DNA of 64,000 nt from Eledone cirrhosa (Eukaryota), in contig OZ024743.1 of assembly GCA_964016885.1 (NCBI GenBank), positions 328,600,001-328,664,000 on the forward strand. Direction: 5' to 3'. Every line of letters starts with the position of its first letter. Positions within the stretch are counted from its first letter, which is position 1. This document shows positions 45,749-59,189 of the stretch, piece by piece. Under the pieces are notes generated by a model. That model ran no database searches, was not told the origin of the DNA, and worked only from the letters and a program-made list of their open reading frames with translations. The position numbers and the translations under genes are program-made.

Positions 45749-45912
45749 ATAGGTGACACGGGGTAAAAATATATCTTCTCTCTGTAGACGAGATACTTAG
45801 TTATCAAATGGTATAGTCCACTTACCTGTAAATAGGTGACACAGGGTAAGAATATATCTTCTCACTGGAGGAGATACTTAGCTATCAATTGGCACAGTCC
45901 ACTTACCTGTAA
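45749..45912. repeat. ~82-bp tandem duplication
   Basis: ataggtgacac.gggtaa...agtccacttacctgtaaa occurs twice. Confidence 0.8.
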
Positions 45913-46184
45913 ACACAGGGCTGGAACAATCCACATCCAATACCTTGCTGTATTTAGTTACGTCCCTTTACATTCTAACTTCTATTCCAGTTGAGGTCGA
46001 CTTTGCCTTTCAATAAAACATGTGCCATCGAAATACTAAGTAACTTTTAATTGAGTGTAAAGTGTTATGGCCTAGTACTGTCAACTGCAGTCCACAAGCC
46101 GCATGAGACCCGCTGGGGTTCTAAATGGCACACCTAATTTCAAAATAGTCTTGAAATTTTAGTAGTGCAGCCCGCTTTATGATG

Positions 46185-46385
46185 GGTCTTTAGCAGGCCA
46201 AACTCTCCAAGTACCGGTGGAGATTTCTGGTGTCCTTCGCCCTAGGGCTACCTCCCTATACCCCACCATAGGCGCTGACATGGCCAGCTGCAGGTGTATG
46301 CCTCGCGAGTTGGAATGGCTCTTCCAGCGCATCACCCTTACCACCCTCCGGGGAAACGCATTCTCCATCCTGTCCGCCGGGTGGT
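46185..46385 (+). pseudogene. CRE-clade LINE C-terminal remnant
   Basis: VEISGV...WLFQRITLTTLRGNAFSIL matches the CRE QR.S....RGNA..I tail. Confidence 0.65.
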
Positions 46386-46629
46386 GGGGAGGCCAGCACG
46401 TGGGACCCCATTTGCTCACCATACGGATTAATAGGCAAAGGGAGACAATATTGAAACATTACTAATTTCCCAACACACACCGTTTAGTCCCCCAACACCT
46501 TCTATTTGGGACCCGAGAGTAGGTCCACAGAACTGTTAAGGGCACATATTGTTTTATTGTTTTACATACACACATCATTCACGCACACACATACACACAT
46601 ACACGCACACACTAATAAACACACACACG

Positions 46630-46680
<51 letters not shown>

Positions 46681-46717
46681 ACATATACACTAATAAACAT
46701 ATGCGCGCACACTCACT

Positions 46718-46781
<64 letters not shown>

Positions 46782-46870
46782 TAAACATATGCGCGCACAC
46801 TCACTCACACACACACACACACACACACATACACTAATAAACATATGCGCGCACACTCACTCACACACCC

Positions 46871-46901
<31 letters not shown>

Positions 46902-46956
46902 AATACACTGCACTGTCTAGTTTGAATCCATTGCATGTATTATTTTAGCAAGCCAC

Positions 46957-47172
46957 GGCGGTGGATTGGCAGAATCGGTAGAGCGTCGGACAATATGCTT
47001 ATCGACATGGAGTTATGGCCCTTTGCGTTTTGAGTTCAAATCCCGCCGAGGTTAGCTTTGCCTTTCATCTTTACAGGGTCGATAAAATAAAGTACCAGTA
47101 AGACACCAGGGACGATTTAATTGACTCCCCGCCTTCAAATTGTCGGCCTTGTGCCTGTAGTGGAACAATTAT
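46957..47172 (+). mobile_element. SINE family A, full length
   Basis: ggcggtggattggcagaatcggtagagcg...gagttcaaatcccgccgagg...ggccttgtgcct. Confidence 0.85.
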
Positions 47173-47285
47173 TTTACCAAGCCGTCGTGTTGTTGTATCT
47201 GTAACCCCCAACATGTTGGCAACCTTTTGTATAAAATGGATTGTATTTTACATGTGAGACCTCTGGTGGCTAATATAGAAATCAG

Positions 47286-47337
<52 letters not shown>

Positions 47338-47585
47338 TACCACCATCATCATCATCAACATCATCACCATCATCATCACAACCACCACAACCACCGCCAA
47401 CATCATCATCGCCACAATCGTCATCGTTTTTCACCACCACCACAACCATCACCTTTATCACCATCATCATCATCATCACCATCACCACTACCACCACCAC
47501 CACCACCACCATCATCTTCATCATCATCATCACTACCACCACCACCACCACCACCATCATCACCATCACCACTACCACTACCACC

Positions 47586-47619
<34 letters not shown>

Positions 47620-47728
47620 TCACTACCATCACAACCACCACTATCATCATAATCATCCTCACCTTCATCCTCATCAATATCATCATCATCATCACCATCA
47701 CCACCACCACTTTCACCAGCAGCAGCAG

Positions 47729-47760
<32 letters not shown>

Positions 47761-47893
47761 CCACTATTACCGCCATCACCATCGTCATCATCATCATCAT
47801 CATCACCATCACCACCACCACTTTCACCAGCAGCAGCAGCACCACCACCACCACCACCATCGCCACTATTACCGCCATCACCACCACCACTTT

Positions 47894-47928
<35 letters not shown>

Positions 47929-48030
47929 CCACCACCACCACCACCACCACCACCACCACCACCATCGCCACTATTACCACCATCACCATCGTCATCACCG
48001 CATCATCATCACCATCACCGCCCCACCACC
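47286..48030. repeat. Compound (CAT/CAC/CAG)n trinucleotide array with internal block duplications
   Basis: Direct reading; ctttcaccagcagc...atcgccactattac occurs three times. Confidence 0.9.
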
Positions 48031-48173
48031 ATGTTGTTGAGGTGTTTAACTCCGTCAATACTCCGATATGCCCAGTTCCTGGTTGGGTTGTTATTTCTCT
48101 GAGGAACTGGGACCATATGACGGAGTTAAACACTTTAACAACATGTGTCCCCGTCTCTACCACACCAATTCGG

Positions 48174-48228
48174 ACTGCCTGAAGAGGTCACAGCCAACGA
48201 TGGCTGTCACCGAAATATATATAGCAGT
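48174..48228 (+). ncRNA. Type I HHR
   Basis: actgc-CTGAAGA-ggtc-acagcca-acga-tggctgt-cacc-GAAA-tatata-TA-gcagt. Confidence 0.9.
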
Positions 48229-48282
48229 ACACCTTTAATAAACGAAGCCAAATTTTAAATATTTCACTTAATTATTTTATTT

Positions 48283-48372
<90 letters not shown>

Positions 48373-48443
48373 GGGGTAACAAATAATAGTTAAATGCAGT
48401 CCACTTAGTGTATATTCTTTTCTTGCCTGTGTATTCTCTTCAT

Positions 48444-48564
48444 TCTCGCATGCTCCGAAGAACTGACTGGTTATAATTTTGTATTGGCGATCGAGTAACG
48501 TGAAAATAAGCGAATAGCGATCTCTAGACCTACCAGTTCAGAGAAACAATTGTCAGCTATGAGA
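48444..48564 (+). ncRNA. Long-stem-II HHR, homolog of 217-335 (core CCGAAGA)
   Basis: tgct-CCGAAGA-actgactggt...accagttcaga-GAAA-caattg-TC-agc. Confidence 0.6.
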
Positions 48565-48772
48565 TTAAAAACCTTTTTTGTATAGCAAACCATGTCAACC
48601 TTCTTTCCTGATATATATATATATATATCAGATCGGAGCAGACAGCACGGACACTCTGTCTCAAAATTGTTTTTGAAAAGCATTTAGAAATGCGCAACCG
48701 GTAAAAACTTAAAAACTTAAAACCACAACTGAATACTAACCCATACAATCATTAATACTCTTTTATTCCTAA

Positions 48773-49794
48773 CTAGCAGTAAAGCCCGGCGTTGCTCGGG
48801 GTCGCTCAGTAGCTGTGTTAAAGTTACAATGTTAAGTTTCTTTCTTGGCTTAAAAACTGTAGTGTCTACTGTGCAGACTTGCATGTGGTGTTTTTGATTA
48901 ATATTCCCTCAACCAACAATATGCCTTATGAAGTTAAGAAAACATAACGATAACCCGAATGTTATAACAAAAGAGGATGCTGGGGATAGAAACTGCACTG
49001 GTTATTTATTAACAAAGATCGAAAATGTAAATACTGCAACGCAGAGAAAAACATTAGCGTAACCAAATTATCAGTTATGTCTGTTTGCACGCCTATATCA
49101 CCTTTCTGCACGACTGTCTGTCTGCACGCCTATATCACCTCTCTGCACGACTATCTGTCTGCACGCCTATATCACCTCTCTGCACGACTGTCTGTCTGCA
49201 CGCCTATATCACCTCTCTGCACGACTGTCTGTCTGCACGCCTATATCACCTCTCTGCACGACTGTCTGTCTGCACGCGTATATCACCTCTCTGCACGACT
49301 GTCTGTCTGCACGACTGTCTGTCTGCACGCCTAACGACGAAATATTTGCTTCTTTTACGTAGTCTTTAAATAGACTTGTTTTCAAGTAAAAATATTGTTT
49401 TAAAATGCTTTTAAATGGAAATGAAGCAAAACGGAAGCTTAGTGTTCGAACTGATGAATTTTGCAGGTCAATATTTTGCTGGCTCGACAACTGTTCGTGT
49501 ATTGTGTTAATGTCATTTTAAACGCTGAGAAAGCCAGCGTAATTTTTTACGTAAGACGCTCAATGTAAACAGAACAAAGGGAAATAACTGATAACTTACG
49601 CTCAAAAATCGATACATTATATTCGATTTCGTCACATAGGGTGGGTCAATTTGAAATATTTTTTTTCCGATGTCTTCGCTAGGGCTCAATGTACAAGTAT
49701 AGCAATTTCGGTGCAATTCCGTCAGAGATTCTAAGAGGAGATGTGTGCCAAAAATCGATAGACAGACAGACAACCACAGTTTTATATATATAGA
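48773..49794 (-). mobile_element. Non-autonomous Helitron with an internal 37-bp minisatellite (49077-49331)
   Basis: A|TCTATATATATAAAACTGTGG ... cccg-agcaacgc-cggg-ctttactg-CTAG|T, inserted between A and T. Confidence 0.9.
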
Positions 49795-49846
49795 TTAAAC
49801 CATTTTTCAACTGTGAACAATTTGTCAGCATTTTCTATTCCGTTTA

Positions 49847-49892
<46 letters not shown>

Positions 49893-49898
<6 letters not shown>

Positions 49899-50178
49899 AT
49901 TAAAAAGTGAACAACACAAAATATAACTACTCCCATTACCAAAGGTTTCTGGATCCCCGACAATAATAATATACAGAGATGTTATAGATAAAAAATATTT
50001 TTTATCTAAAACATCTCTGTCTGATGTCCGATCCAGACATATATTAATATTGTCTGGGATCCAGAAACCTTTGGTAATGGAGTAGTTATATTTTGTGTTG
50101 TTCACTTTCTAATTAAATAGCTCTGTTCTAGACATAGAGCACTCTATTTTCCTTTGCTTTCCCTTCGGAATTACTTAC
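49893..50178 (+). mobile_element. Fold-back pseudo-LTR remnant with HHR variant at 50015-50082 (core CTGATGT)
   Basis: 49895-49970 is inverted to 50043-50118, with an inner palindrome at 49973-50020. ctctgt..GAAA-cc-ttt-gg-TA-atggag. Confidence 0.7.
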
Positions 50179-50203
50179 CCCCCCCCACACACACACACCG
50201 CAC

Positions 50204-50262
<59 letters not shown>

Positions 50263-50307
50263 GTGACGAAACATAAGTCAATTGCATGAACTCATAATCC
50301 TTTATTT

Positions 50308-50363
50308 ACTGCTATATATATTTCGATGATAGCCATTGAATGGCTATGACCTCATCAGGCAGT
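50308..50363 (-). ncRNA. Type I HHR, homolog of 48174-48228
   Basis: actgc-CTGATGA-ggtc-atagcca-ttcaa-tggctat-catc-GAAA-tatata-TA-gcagt. Confidence 0.9.
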
Positions 50364-50501
50364 TAGTCAGTTCTTAGATATGCTGGCTCTGTGTTTACGG
50401 TGTTGATGGTATCAGAGCCTTGGGACATATGAGCTTGTTAGGAATAATTATATATAATATAGTTATACTTATATACATCTATATACATGGCTATATACCA
50501 A

Positions 50502-50660
50502 GCAGTGGAAACCTTTTACGAGTGGGCCGCAGAAGATGTGGCACATCATAAGGCGGGCCGCACTACTAAAACATTCAAGGTAATTTAGAAATTAAGCGTG
50601 CCATTTAGAAAACCAAACGGTCCGCATGTGACTCGCCGGCCACAGTTTGCCCATGACTGC
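50502..50660. mobile_element. hAT-like MITE; partial inverted homolog at ~46088-46184
   Basis: cagtggaaaccttt..gggccgc...ggccacagtttgcccatgactg termini resemble Charlie-type MITEs. Confidence 0.5.
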
Positions 50661-50689
50661 TTTATACATAGTTATACTCTACTAAATGC

Positions 50690-51370
50690 AACTTTATACA
50701 TTGTTATACATGATATATACACTGTTATATATATCTATATACACTGTTATATACATCTCTATATACATCGCTGTACACTACTATATACATCTATATACAT
50801 CTCTATATACATCGCTATAAATTTCTATATACAACTATATACATTGCTATACGTGATATATACACTGGTATATACATCTATATACAACTATATACATTGT
50901 TATGCGTGATATATACACTGTTATATACATCTATATACATTGTTATATACATCTATATATACATTGTTATATACACCTCTATATACATCGCTATACACTA
51001 CTATATACAACTATATACATTGTAATGCGTGATATATGCACTGTTATATACATCTATATGTAACTATATACATTGTTATACGTGATATATACACTGTTAT
51101 ATACATCTATATACACTGTTATATACACCTCTATATACATTGTTATATACACCTCTATATACATCGCTATACACTACTATATACAACTATATACATTGTA
51201 ATGCGTGATATATGCACTGTTATATACATCTATATACACTGTTATATACACCTCTATATACATCGCTATACACTACTATATACAACTATATACAACTATA
51301 TACATCGTTATACGTGATATATACACTGGTATATACATCTATATATACTACTATATATCCATTGTTATAT
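50690..51370. repeat. AT-rich minisatellite (atatacactgttatatacatct variants)
   Basis: Direct reading. Confidence 0.85.
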
Positions 51371-51479
51371 CGTTTTATATAAAATGTCGGTGTCTTTCAA
51401 TAGAAATAACAAACAATGCATGACATAAATATTATAATAGAAAAGGTTAGTTGTCTGTTGTATGGTGTTATAATAATAA

Positions 51480-51620
51480 CTGTTTCTACTTTAGGCACAA
51501 GGCCAGCAATTACCCAGTGTATTACTGGTACTTTATTTTATCGACTCCGTAAGGATGAAAGGTAAAGTTAACCTCGGCAGGATTTGAACTTAGAGCATAA
51601 AGGGCCGTAACTCAATGTAT
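51480..51620 (-). mobile_element. SINE family A, 5'-truncated
   Basis: Family A consensus. Confidence 0.75.
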
Positions 51621-51678
51621 AAAGAAGAAGAAGAAGAAGAAGAAGAAGAAGAAGAAGAAGAAGAAGAAGAAGAAGAAG

Positions 51679-51715
<37 letters not shown>

Positions 51716-51792
51716 GTAATAGTATTGATTTATTTATTAATCACATTGGGTTCATTTTGAGAAAACAATAAGGACGGCACAAAATAGAACGT

Positions 51793-52031
51793 TGAGTGTG
51801 TGTTAGTGTGTGTGTGTGAGAGTGTGTGTGTGTGTGAGTGTGTGTGAGAGTGTGTGTGTGTGAGTGTGTGTGTTTGTAAGTGTGTGTGTGAGTGTGTGTG
51901 TGTGTGAGTGTATGTGTGTGTTAGTGTGTGTGTGTTAGTGTGTGTGTGAATGTGTGTGTGTGTGTGTAAGTGTGTGTGTGAGTGTGTGTGTGTGAGTGTG
52001 TGTGTGTGTGAGTGTGTGTGTGTAAGTGTGT

Positions 52032-52074
<43 letters not shown>

Positions 52075-52778
52075 TGTGTGTGTGTGAGTGTGTGTGTGTG
52101 AGTGTGTGTGTGTGAGTGTGTTTGTGTGTTAGTGTGTGTTAGTGTGTGTGTGAGTGTGTGTGTGTGTGTATGTGTGTGTGTGAGTGAGTGTGTGTGTGTA
52201 AGTGTGTGTGTGTGTGTGTGTGTGTGTGAGAGTGTGTGTGTGTGAGTGTGTGTGAGAGTGTGTGTGTGTGAGTGTGTGTGTTTGTAAGTGTGTGTGTGAG
52301 TGTGTGTGTGTGAGTGTATGTGTGTGTTAGTGTGTGTGTGAGTGTGTGTGTGTGTGTGTAAGTGTGTGTGTGAGTGTGTGTGTGTGAGTGTGTGTGTGTA
52401 TGTGTGTGTGAGTGTGTGTGTGTAAGAGTGTGTGTGTGAGTGTGTATGTGTGTGTATGTGTGTAAGTGTGTGTGTGTGAGTGTGAGTGTGTGTGTGTGAG
52501 TGTGTGAGTGTGTTTGTGTGTTAGTGTGTGTTAGTGTGTGTGTGAGTGTGTGTGTGTGTAAGTGTGTGTGTGAGTGTGTGTGTGAGTGTGTGTGTGAGTG
52601 TGTGTGTGTAAGTGTGCGTGTGAGTGTGTGTCTGTGAGTGTGTGTGTGTCTGTGAGTGTGTGTGTGTGTGTGTTAGTGTGTGTGTGAGTGTGTGTGTGTG
52701 TATATGAGTGTGTGTGTGAGAGTGTGAGTGTGTGTGTGTGTCTGTGAGTGTGTGTGTGTGTTAGTGTGTATATGTGAG
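51793..52778. repeat. ~1-kb interrupted (GT)n array
   Basis: Direct reading. Confidence 0.95.
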
Positions 52779-52959
52779 GTCGTGTGGGTTTTGTGTGGAC
52801 ACAGGTTTAACAATAATAAAATAGGGAGGTAACAAATTTATAACAAACGGTATTCCTCAACAGGAAGGAGAGGTTTGGGGGCCACTCGTGACCCCCTTCC
52901 CCTATAAAACCACGGTTGCCGGGACTGCTAGGTTAAGGGCCTTCTCTCAGTTCTTCAGC

Positions 52960-53760
52960 TCCCATTTATAAGTGTATATTCAGGGAAGTGCCGCTCACCC
53001 AGACCATCCTCGCGACTCCCATCCACCTTTCAAATAGCTGGAAGACCCTATTTCTCTCTTCACCATTGTTTCTCTCTTTAAGTGAAACTTAAAAAGGTTG
53101 ATGAGGGATTGGCCAAAGAGGAAAGTGTTTAATTTCAGTCCTTTCAGTCACGTTTACCATACAGCTTCTTTCACCATGGCCACCAGACATATAAAATCTG
53201 CTTGTCTTCTTATACTAAAAGAAGGCGGCGGGGCAATCTTCACGATGCACTTAGCTGAAAGCCAGATGTCCAACAGATGATAATAGCTGTTCGACATAAA
53301 CCCACAAGTCTGCAACGTACGAACACTGGATGAGTGCGTGCAAGAAGGTTTCGTCACCTTTCGTGCATCTCGGACTTGCAAACCCGCTACGGTCCTCGGT
53401 AGAACTGCCAGGCCAAGGTTTTCTAAAAGTTATCCATCTGCCCCGAGCCGAATGTTCCCCAGAAGAGAGCGGCAAGGGTCTCCTCAAAGTACAGTAGAAT
53501 GCGGAAGTAGATGACGGTGGAAATATACTCATTGACCACAACAACTCGATCTTTCGGGAATAGTCTCCTCTCGGCCCATTTCTGAGTGAGAGTGGTTACC
53601 CTGCTCATTAACGTGTGCCAGGTTTTGTTCACCTGGATATCTGGACCAAACTCGATCCTGAACAACTTAATCGGCCCAACTGTTCAAAGTCCAGCGACGC
53701 TGTTTGACGGCTTCTCCATGTGCCGATCCACAAGCCCACCTACATTTCCTGGCTAATTTG
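52960..53760 (-). pseudogene. Tx1/L1-clade LINE C-terminal remnant
   Basis: FGPDIQVNKTW...KWAERRL...RVVVVNEYI, and PRCTKGDETFLHALIQC (degenerate CCHC). Confidence 0.65.
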
Positions 53761-53854
53761 TGCTCCTTTGGGCGTCTTTTATTATAGCCTCGGGATGACC
53801 AATGCCTTATGAGGGAAATTTGATAGGTGGAACGTATAAAGAATCTCGTCGTGT

Positions 53855-54460
53855 ATATATACACACCTTCTGATGAAGACCCAACTAGGTCCGAAAAGGT
53901 GTTTATAAATGTATCCAATTGACAGGCAAATTCCTATTTTCTGGCATGTTTACATGTCTACAGATTAAAAAAAAAATGTGTATATTTATATACACAATGG
54001 TACAGTCTCGATTACCCACTTTGTATATATACAGATATAGCTTTATCGTACACTTCAGCTGTTTAGCGCGTATCTCAATATGTATCTCAATTAACTACTA
54101 ACACGAGTGCTTATTATACACAAATTAGTATATCCATTTCAAGATACTACTCAGAGCGAACGGGTATATAAACCCATCAAATGTGTTTCCTTGTAGTTGT
54201 TTAAATGATATACACACCTTTTGATGAAAATCCATATAAACCCATCAAATGTGTTTCCTTGTAGTTGTTTAAATGATATACACACCTTTTGATGAAAATC
54301 CAACTACGTCCGAAATTCAATTAAAAGTGTTTATCATTTTTTCCATTTACAGGGAAATTTGTATTTTCTGGCATGTCTACATATTAAAAAAAAAAATGTG
54401 TATATTTATAAACACATTGGCGCAGTCTTGATTACCCACTCTGTATATATACAGATATAA
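53855..54460 (+). mobile_element. Degenerate retrozyme-like tandem (family R3), ~351-bp period plus a 68-bp internal duplication
   Basis: acacctt-CTGATGA-agacc-caacta-ggtcc-GAAA at 53863. Repeats with TTGATGA at 54221 and 54289; downstream ~150 bp duplicated. Confidence 0.6.
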
Positions 54461-54641
54461 CTGCGGATGCTTAGTGCACTTCTAACCCCACCCGTCCCTT
54501 CAATCTATCTAATTTCTCATTCTTTCTTCTGATGGACTAGCGCCTGAAACGTTAAGACCCTCTTCCTGCTATTTCAAGCGTTAACCTAATATATTCCTTC
54601 CATATACTGTACTGATTGTATTGTTACTTCTGTTTACCCTT

Positions 54642-54720
<79 letters not shown>

Positions 54721-54776
54721 AGACGATATACGAGGATATATCAAATCAATTGAGAAACAAAGTAGCATTTTAAAAT

Positions 54777-54866
<90 letters not shown>

Positions 54867-56152
54867 GTGTGTATGTGAGTGTCTATGTTTGTGAGTCTGT
54901 GTTTCTGTTCGGCAATACACCAATTTGAGAAACGCAGAAGTAGATAAATTATATACCAGACTTGTATTCGCCATCGTATTTTTTCGGTCATTACTGGAGT
55001 AAATATGATTGACTAAATAATTGCGGTGCCCCAGCATGAGCGTAGTCTAGTGACTGAAACCAGTAAAAGAATAACAATAAAAGTGTCAGTATAAAAGAGA
55101 AATTGACAAAATATGTAAATGAAACAAAGAGAGGGTGAAAAGCTGCAGAAAAAATATGGCACCGTCATCACACGTTATTACATAACTGTAATGATGTTAT
55201 TTAAAGCATGCTGGCAATTTGGTTTGGTCTCGAATTTTTGTTTTCTCTTTCATTCGTTTTGTATAGAATTATTTTTTTGCAACAAACATTGTTTTTATGG
55301 AACAATGTATTAAGATACAACTTACAAAATTCACCAAAATAAAGAAAAATAAAATAAATAAATAAAATAAAAGGAATTTAGAAATTCAGACAGATTTTAC
55401 GGGCAAAACCAACCGGCAGGAGACCCAGGGTAGACCCCTAGCAAGATGATTGGATAACATCCATGAGCTTGGCTGGTCTCACTTGGGGATCCAGCCTGAT
55501 CAGTTGGAGATGGTTGCTTCAGACAGAACCGGGTGGAAAGAATGTTGAGGACTCTGTCCCTACGATCCTCTCCGGAGAAGAAGAAGAAGAAGAAGAAGAA
55601 GAAGAAGAAGAAGAAGAAGAAGAAGAAGAAGAAGAAGAAGAAGAAGAAGAAGAAGAAATTTAGAAATAAAAAAGTGGAGGAGGGGTGCGGATAGGATTTA
55701 TCCATATCCTTGGCTGGGCAAAATATCTTAGCTTGCTGCGCTCAACAGACAAAATGGTAAAAGCATTGTCTGGGAGAAAAGTCAGTGATACCCTCCGTTT
55801 CAGACATTCCACATCACAGGGCTTCTTCCTGGGGCCCGATGCCTTTCCTCCCGATTTTGGGACAGATTCGTTCAAATCCCAACGAGGTCAACTTTCATTC
55901 TTTCGAAGCCGATAAATAAAGTATCAATCCAGTACTGGAGTCGATACATACTTCCTCAATACTTCCTTCTCACCTTCTGTTCTTCGCTCCCTCTCATTCA
56001 TTGAAAGAAACCATTTACTGCAGACCGGGGAGATAGATGGGCTGTGCCAGATTTAAAATATCTGAGACCGACCGTATGTCAGGATGACGTCCTTACGACT
56101 CCATAAAAACATTAAGAAGCATTTCACTTCCTTTTCCTTCCTTTCCTCTATG

Positions 56153-56229
<77 letters not shown>

Positions 56230-56232
56230 GTT

Positions 56233-56265
<33 letters not shown>

Positions 56266-56292
56266 GTTTCTCTCTCTCTCCGTCTCTCTCCC

Positions 56293-56361
<69 letters not shown>

Positions 56362-56405
56362 GTGTGTGTCTCTCTCTCTCTCTGTCTCTCTCTGTTTCTC
56401 TCTCC

Positions 56406-56473
<68 letters not shown>

Positions 56474-57658
56474 GTGTGTGTACATCTGTGTGTGTTACGT
56501 AATTGTGATAGCATCGTTAAAAAACATGGCGGAAAATTGTTTTGTTTCCTAGTTTTATATTTATTTATGTAATTTCTTTTGTGTGAATTTGTTGCTTTAG
56601 AAATCCTTATTAGGCGCTGACGGAGAATTGTGTCTTTCATGTTGAAACACCAGTTTCTTCATATTTCACCTCTTTAGAAATCCTCATCAGCTTACCTGTC
56701 ACACACACACATCACATTACATCGTTACAGGTACGTCTGTACTGGCACACGCCTGCATGTGTGTGTGTCACTGTCTATACTGGCTTGTGTGTGTGTGTAT
56801 GTGTACTAAAGCAAGCGTGCGCGTGTACTGAAGCACGCGCGTATACTGAAGCACGCGCGTATGTGTGTGTATATACTAGCCTGTGTGTGAGTGTGTGTGT
56901 ACTAAAGCACATGCGTATGTGTGTGTATACTAGTTTGCGTGTGTGTGTGAGTGTGTGTGTGTGTGCGTGTGTGTATGTGTGTAAGTGTATATACTGGCTT
57001 GTGTGTGGGCACACTGGGTTCTGTGTTTGAGCGTGTGTACTGGCTTGTGTGTGCGTATGTACTGAACCACACGCGTATGTATGCGTGAGTGTGTTTACTA
57101 GCTTGCATGTGTGTGTACTAAAGCTCGCGAGTATGTGTGTGTGTGTATACTGGCTTGTGTGTGAGGCGAGAGTGTGTATACTGGTTTGTGTGTGTTGGTG
57201 TATGTGGCGTCCTGGTTTGAAGTATACTGGTGTGTGTGTGTGCATGTGAGAGCGTATCTATGTGTAGTGGTATATATGTAGCGGTGTGTACATGTGGCAG
57301 TGTGTGCAGTGATGTGTAGTGAAGTGTAGTGGTGTGTGTAGTGTGAGTAGTGTGTGTTTGTGTATGTGTATCTCTATCACTATACCCCTCTCTTTCCATT
57401 TATCCATATATATATATATGTGTGGTAAGGAACCAGATGAACCATAACGCACCAGAGTACTCAATACTAAGGGTAGTAGAGTGGGTAATAGGAAAAAGTA
57501 TGACCCCGACGGCAGAGCTCAACCCGTTTCGACGGCTATTTCTGGACCGAAATAGCCGTTATGGTCCATCTGGTTCCTTACCACATTTCCTTCGTTATAT
57601 ATATACATATATTTATATATAATATGAGATCAAAAGATGGTTAAAAGAGTTCCATGTA

Positions 57659-57725
57659 TTTTATTATGCGCATTTCAAAAACAAATATCATCATGGGATG
57701 ATATTTGCGTTCTCATCAGATAAAA
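57659..57725 (-). ncRNA. Type I HHR with long stem II
   Basis: tttat-CTGATGA-gaac-gcaaatatcatc-ccat-gatgatatttgt-tttt-GAAA-tgcgca-TA-ataaa. Confidence 0.85.
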
Positions 57726-57923
57726 TAGGGAGACATGATATGAAGCTTAAAAAACACTTGCGAGCAGTGAAGTGTTAAATCAACATATGAAAAATAAAGT
57801 AAGATGGATATATGAGATTGGGAAAAAAAGGAGGGGGGGGGGCTAGGAAAAGGTAAGGAAGAAAGAAAATAAAGGATGACGGGGGAACAGTATAAGAAGG
57901 AAGGATGAGAGAGGAGGAGAAAT

Positions 57924-57966
<43 letters not shown>

Positions 57967-58029
57967 CCTTTAAAACTGAGAAAACACTGTCTCACAGAGA
58001 GAACAGAGAGAACGGAACTATATATATAT

Positions 58030-59189
58030 ATTACAATTCAAAAATTAAAAAATATATGATCAACACTGTGTTTTTTTTTTTTTTGCAAAATGACAATTTT
58101 TTTTTTCTTTTAGCCAGATAGAAATACCTTAATTCAAGTACATATAGTCCGTCTGTATCGATCTAGAGAATTTTAAATATTAAATCTATACTTACAGACG
58201 TAAAATGGCAACTGCCTGGTGCCTAGACAAGTTTAAATTTCAAAATTCAAACCTTTTCAGCAGATCGGGCGGAACTTCAAAACATAAACCTGTTTCACAA
58301 GGGATGTTATACTAATGAAATAATTAATTAATTACGGAACAACTATTTATAAAATAATTATTAGTGAAGTAATCAATTTTCTGTGATTCGGTAGGCACCC
58401 AGAAATTAAAATCACTTCTCCTAAGATAATATCTTAAGACTGATCTGTCGCAAGCCTAATACATGTGCTTTTGCACACGACCTTCTCAGCATTCTGGCTC
58501 ATATCCATGGCGCTAGAAATAACAGCCGTGAATATGTGATTATGAATTCAGCTCAACCGTAGGAGCAGATAATTTCACTTTAGTAGTCAGTTACAAATAT
58601 TAAGCTCTAAGAAAAATACTTCTGAGCATTACATTACAATTAAAAAATTAAAAAATATATGATCAACACTACTGTGTTTTTTTTTTTTTTGCAAAATGAC
58701 AATAATTTTTTAGCCAGATAGAAATACCTTAATTCAAGTACATATAGTCCGTCTGTATCGATCTAGAGAATTTTAAATATTAAATCTATACTTACAGGCG
58801 TAAAATGGCAACTGCCTGGTGCCTAGACAAGTTTAAATTTCAAAATTCAAACCTTTTCAGCAGATCGGGCGGAACTTCAAAACATAAACCTGTTTCACAA
58901 GGGATGTTATACTAATGAAATAATTAATTAATTACGGAACAACTATTTATAAAATAATTATTAGTGAAGTAATCAATTTTCTGTGATCTTCGGTAGGCAC
59001 CCAGAAATTAAAATCACGTCTGTAAGTATAGATTTAATATTTAAAATTCTCTAGATCGATACAGACGGACTATATGTACTTGAATTAAGGTATTTCTATC
59101 TGGCTAAAAAATTATTGTCATTTTGCAAAAAAAAAAAAACACTGTAGTGTTGATCATATATTTTTTAATTTTTCTTAGAGCTTAATATT

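Noticed and set aside
45820-45955. Possible minus-strand micro-exon ending CAG|GTAAGT (duplicated donor)
   Set aside because: Too short, no recognisable product, and the donor lies in a tandem duplication; needs RNA-seq.
46957-47050. tRNA-like A/B boxes
   Set aside because: No full cloverleaf and continuous with a multi-copy SINE body, so not a tRNA gene.
47282-48163. 293-aa V/M/D-rich ORF and the opposite-strand His/Pro/Ser-rich ORF
   Set aside because: Trinucleotide array with no stops in several frames; no splice or domain evidence.
49077-49331. Regular 37-bp repeat resembling a CRISPR array
   Set aside because: No unique spacers, eukaryotic context, and located inside a Helitron.
54524-54560. 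HHR-like motifs at 54524(+), ~26790-26828(-), 14355-14390(-), 6490-6520(-) and 59895(+)
   Set aside because: Core boxes mutated or stems missing; probably decayed pseudo-LTR ribozymes, not called as functional.
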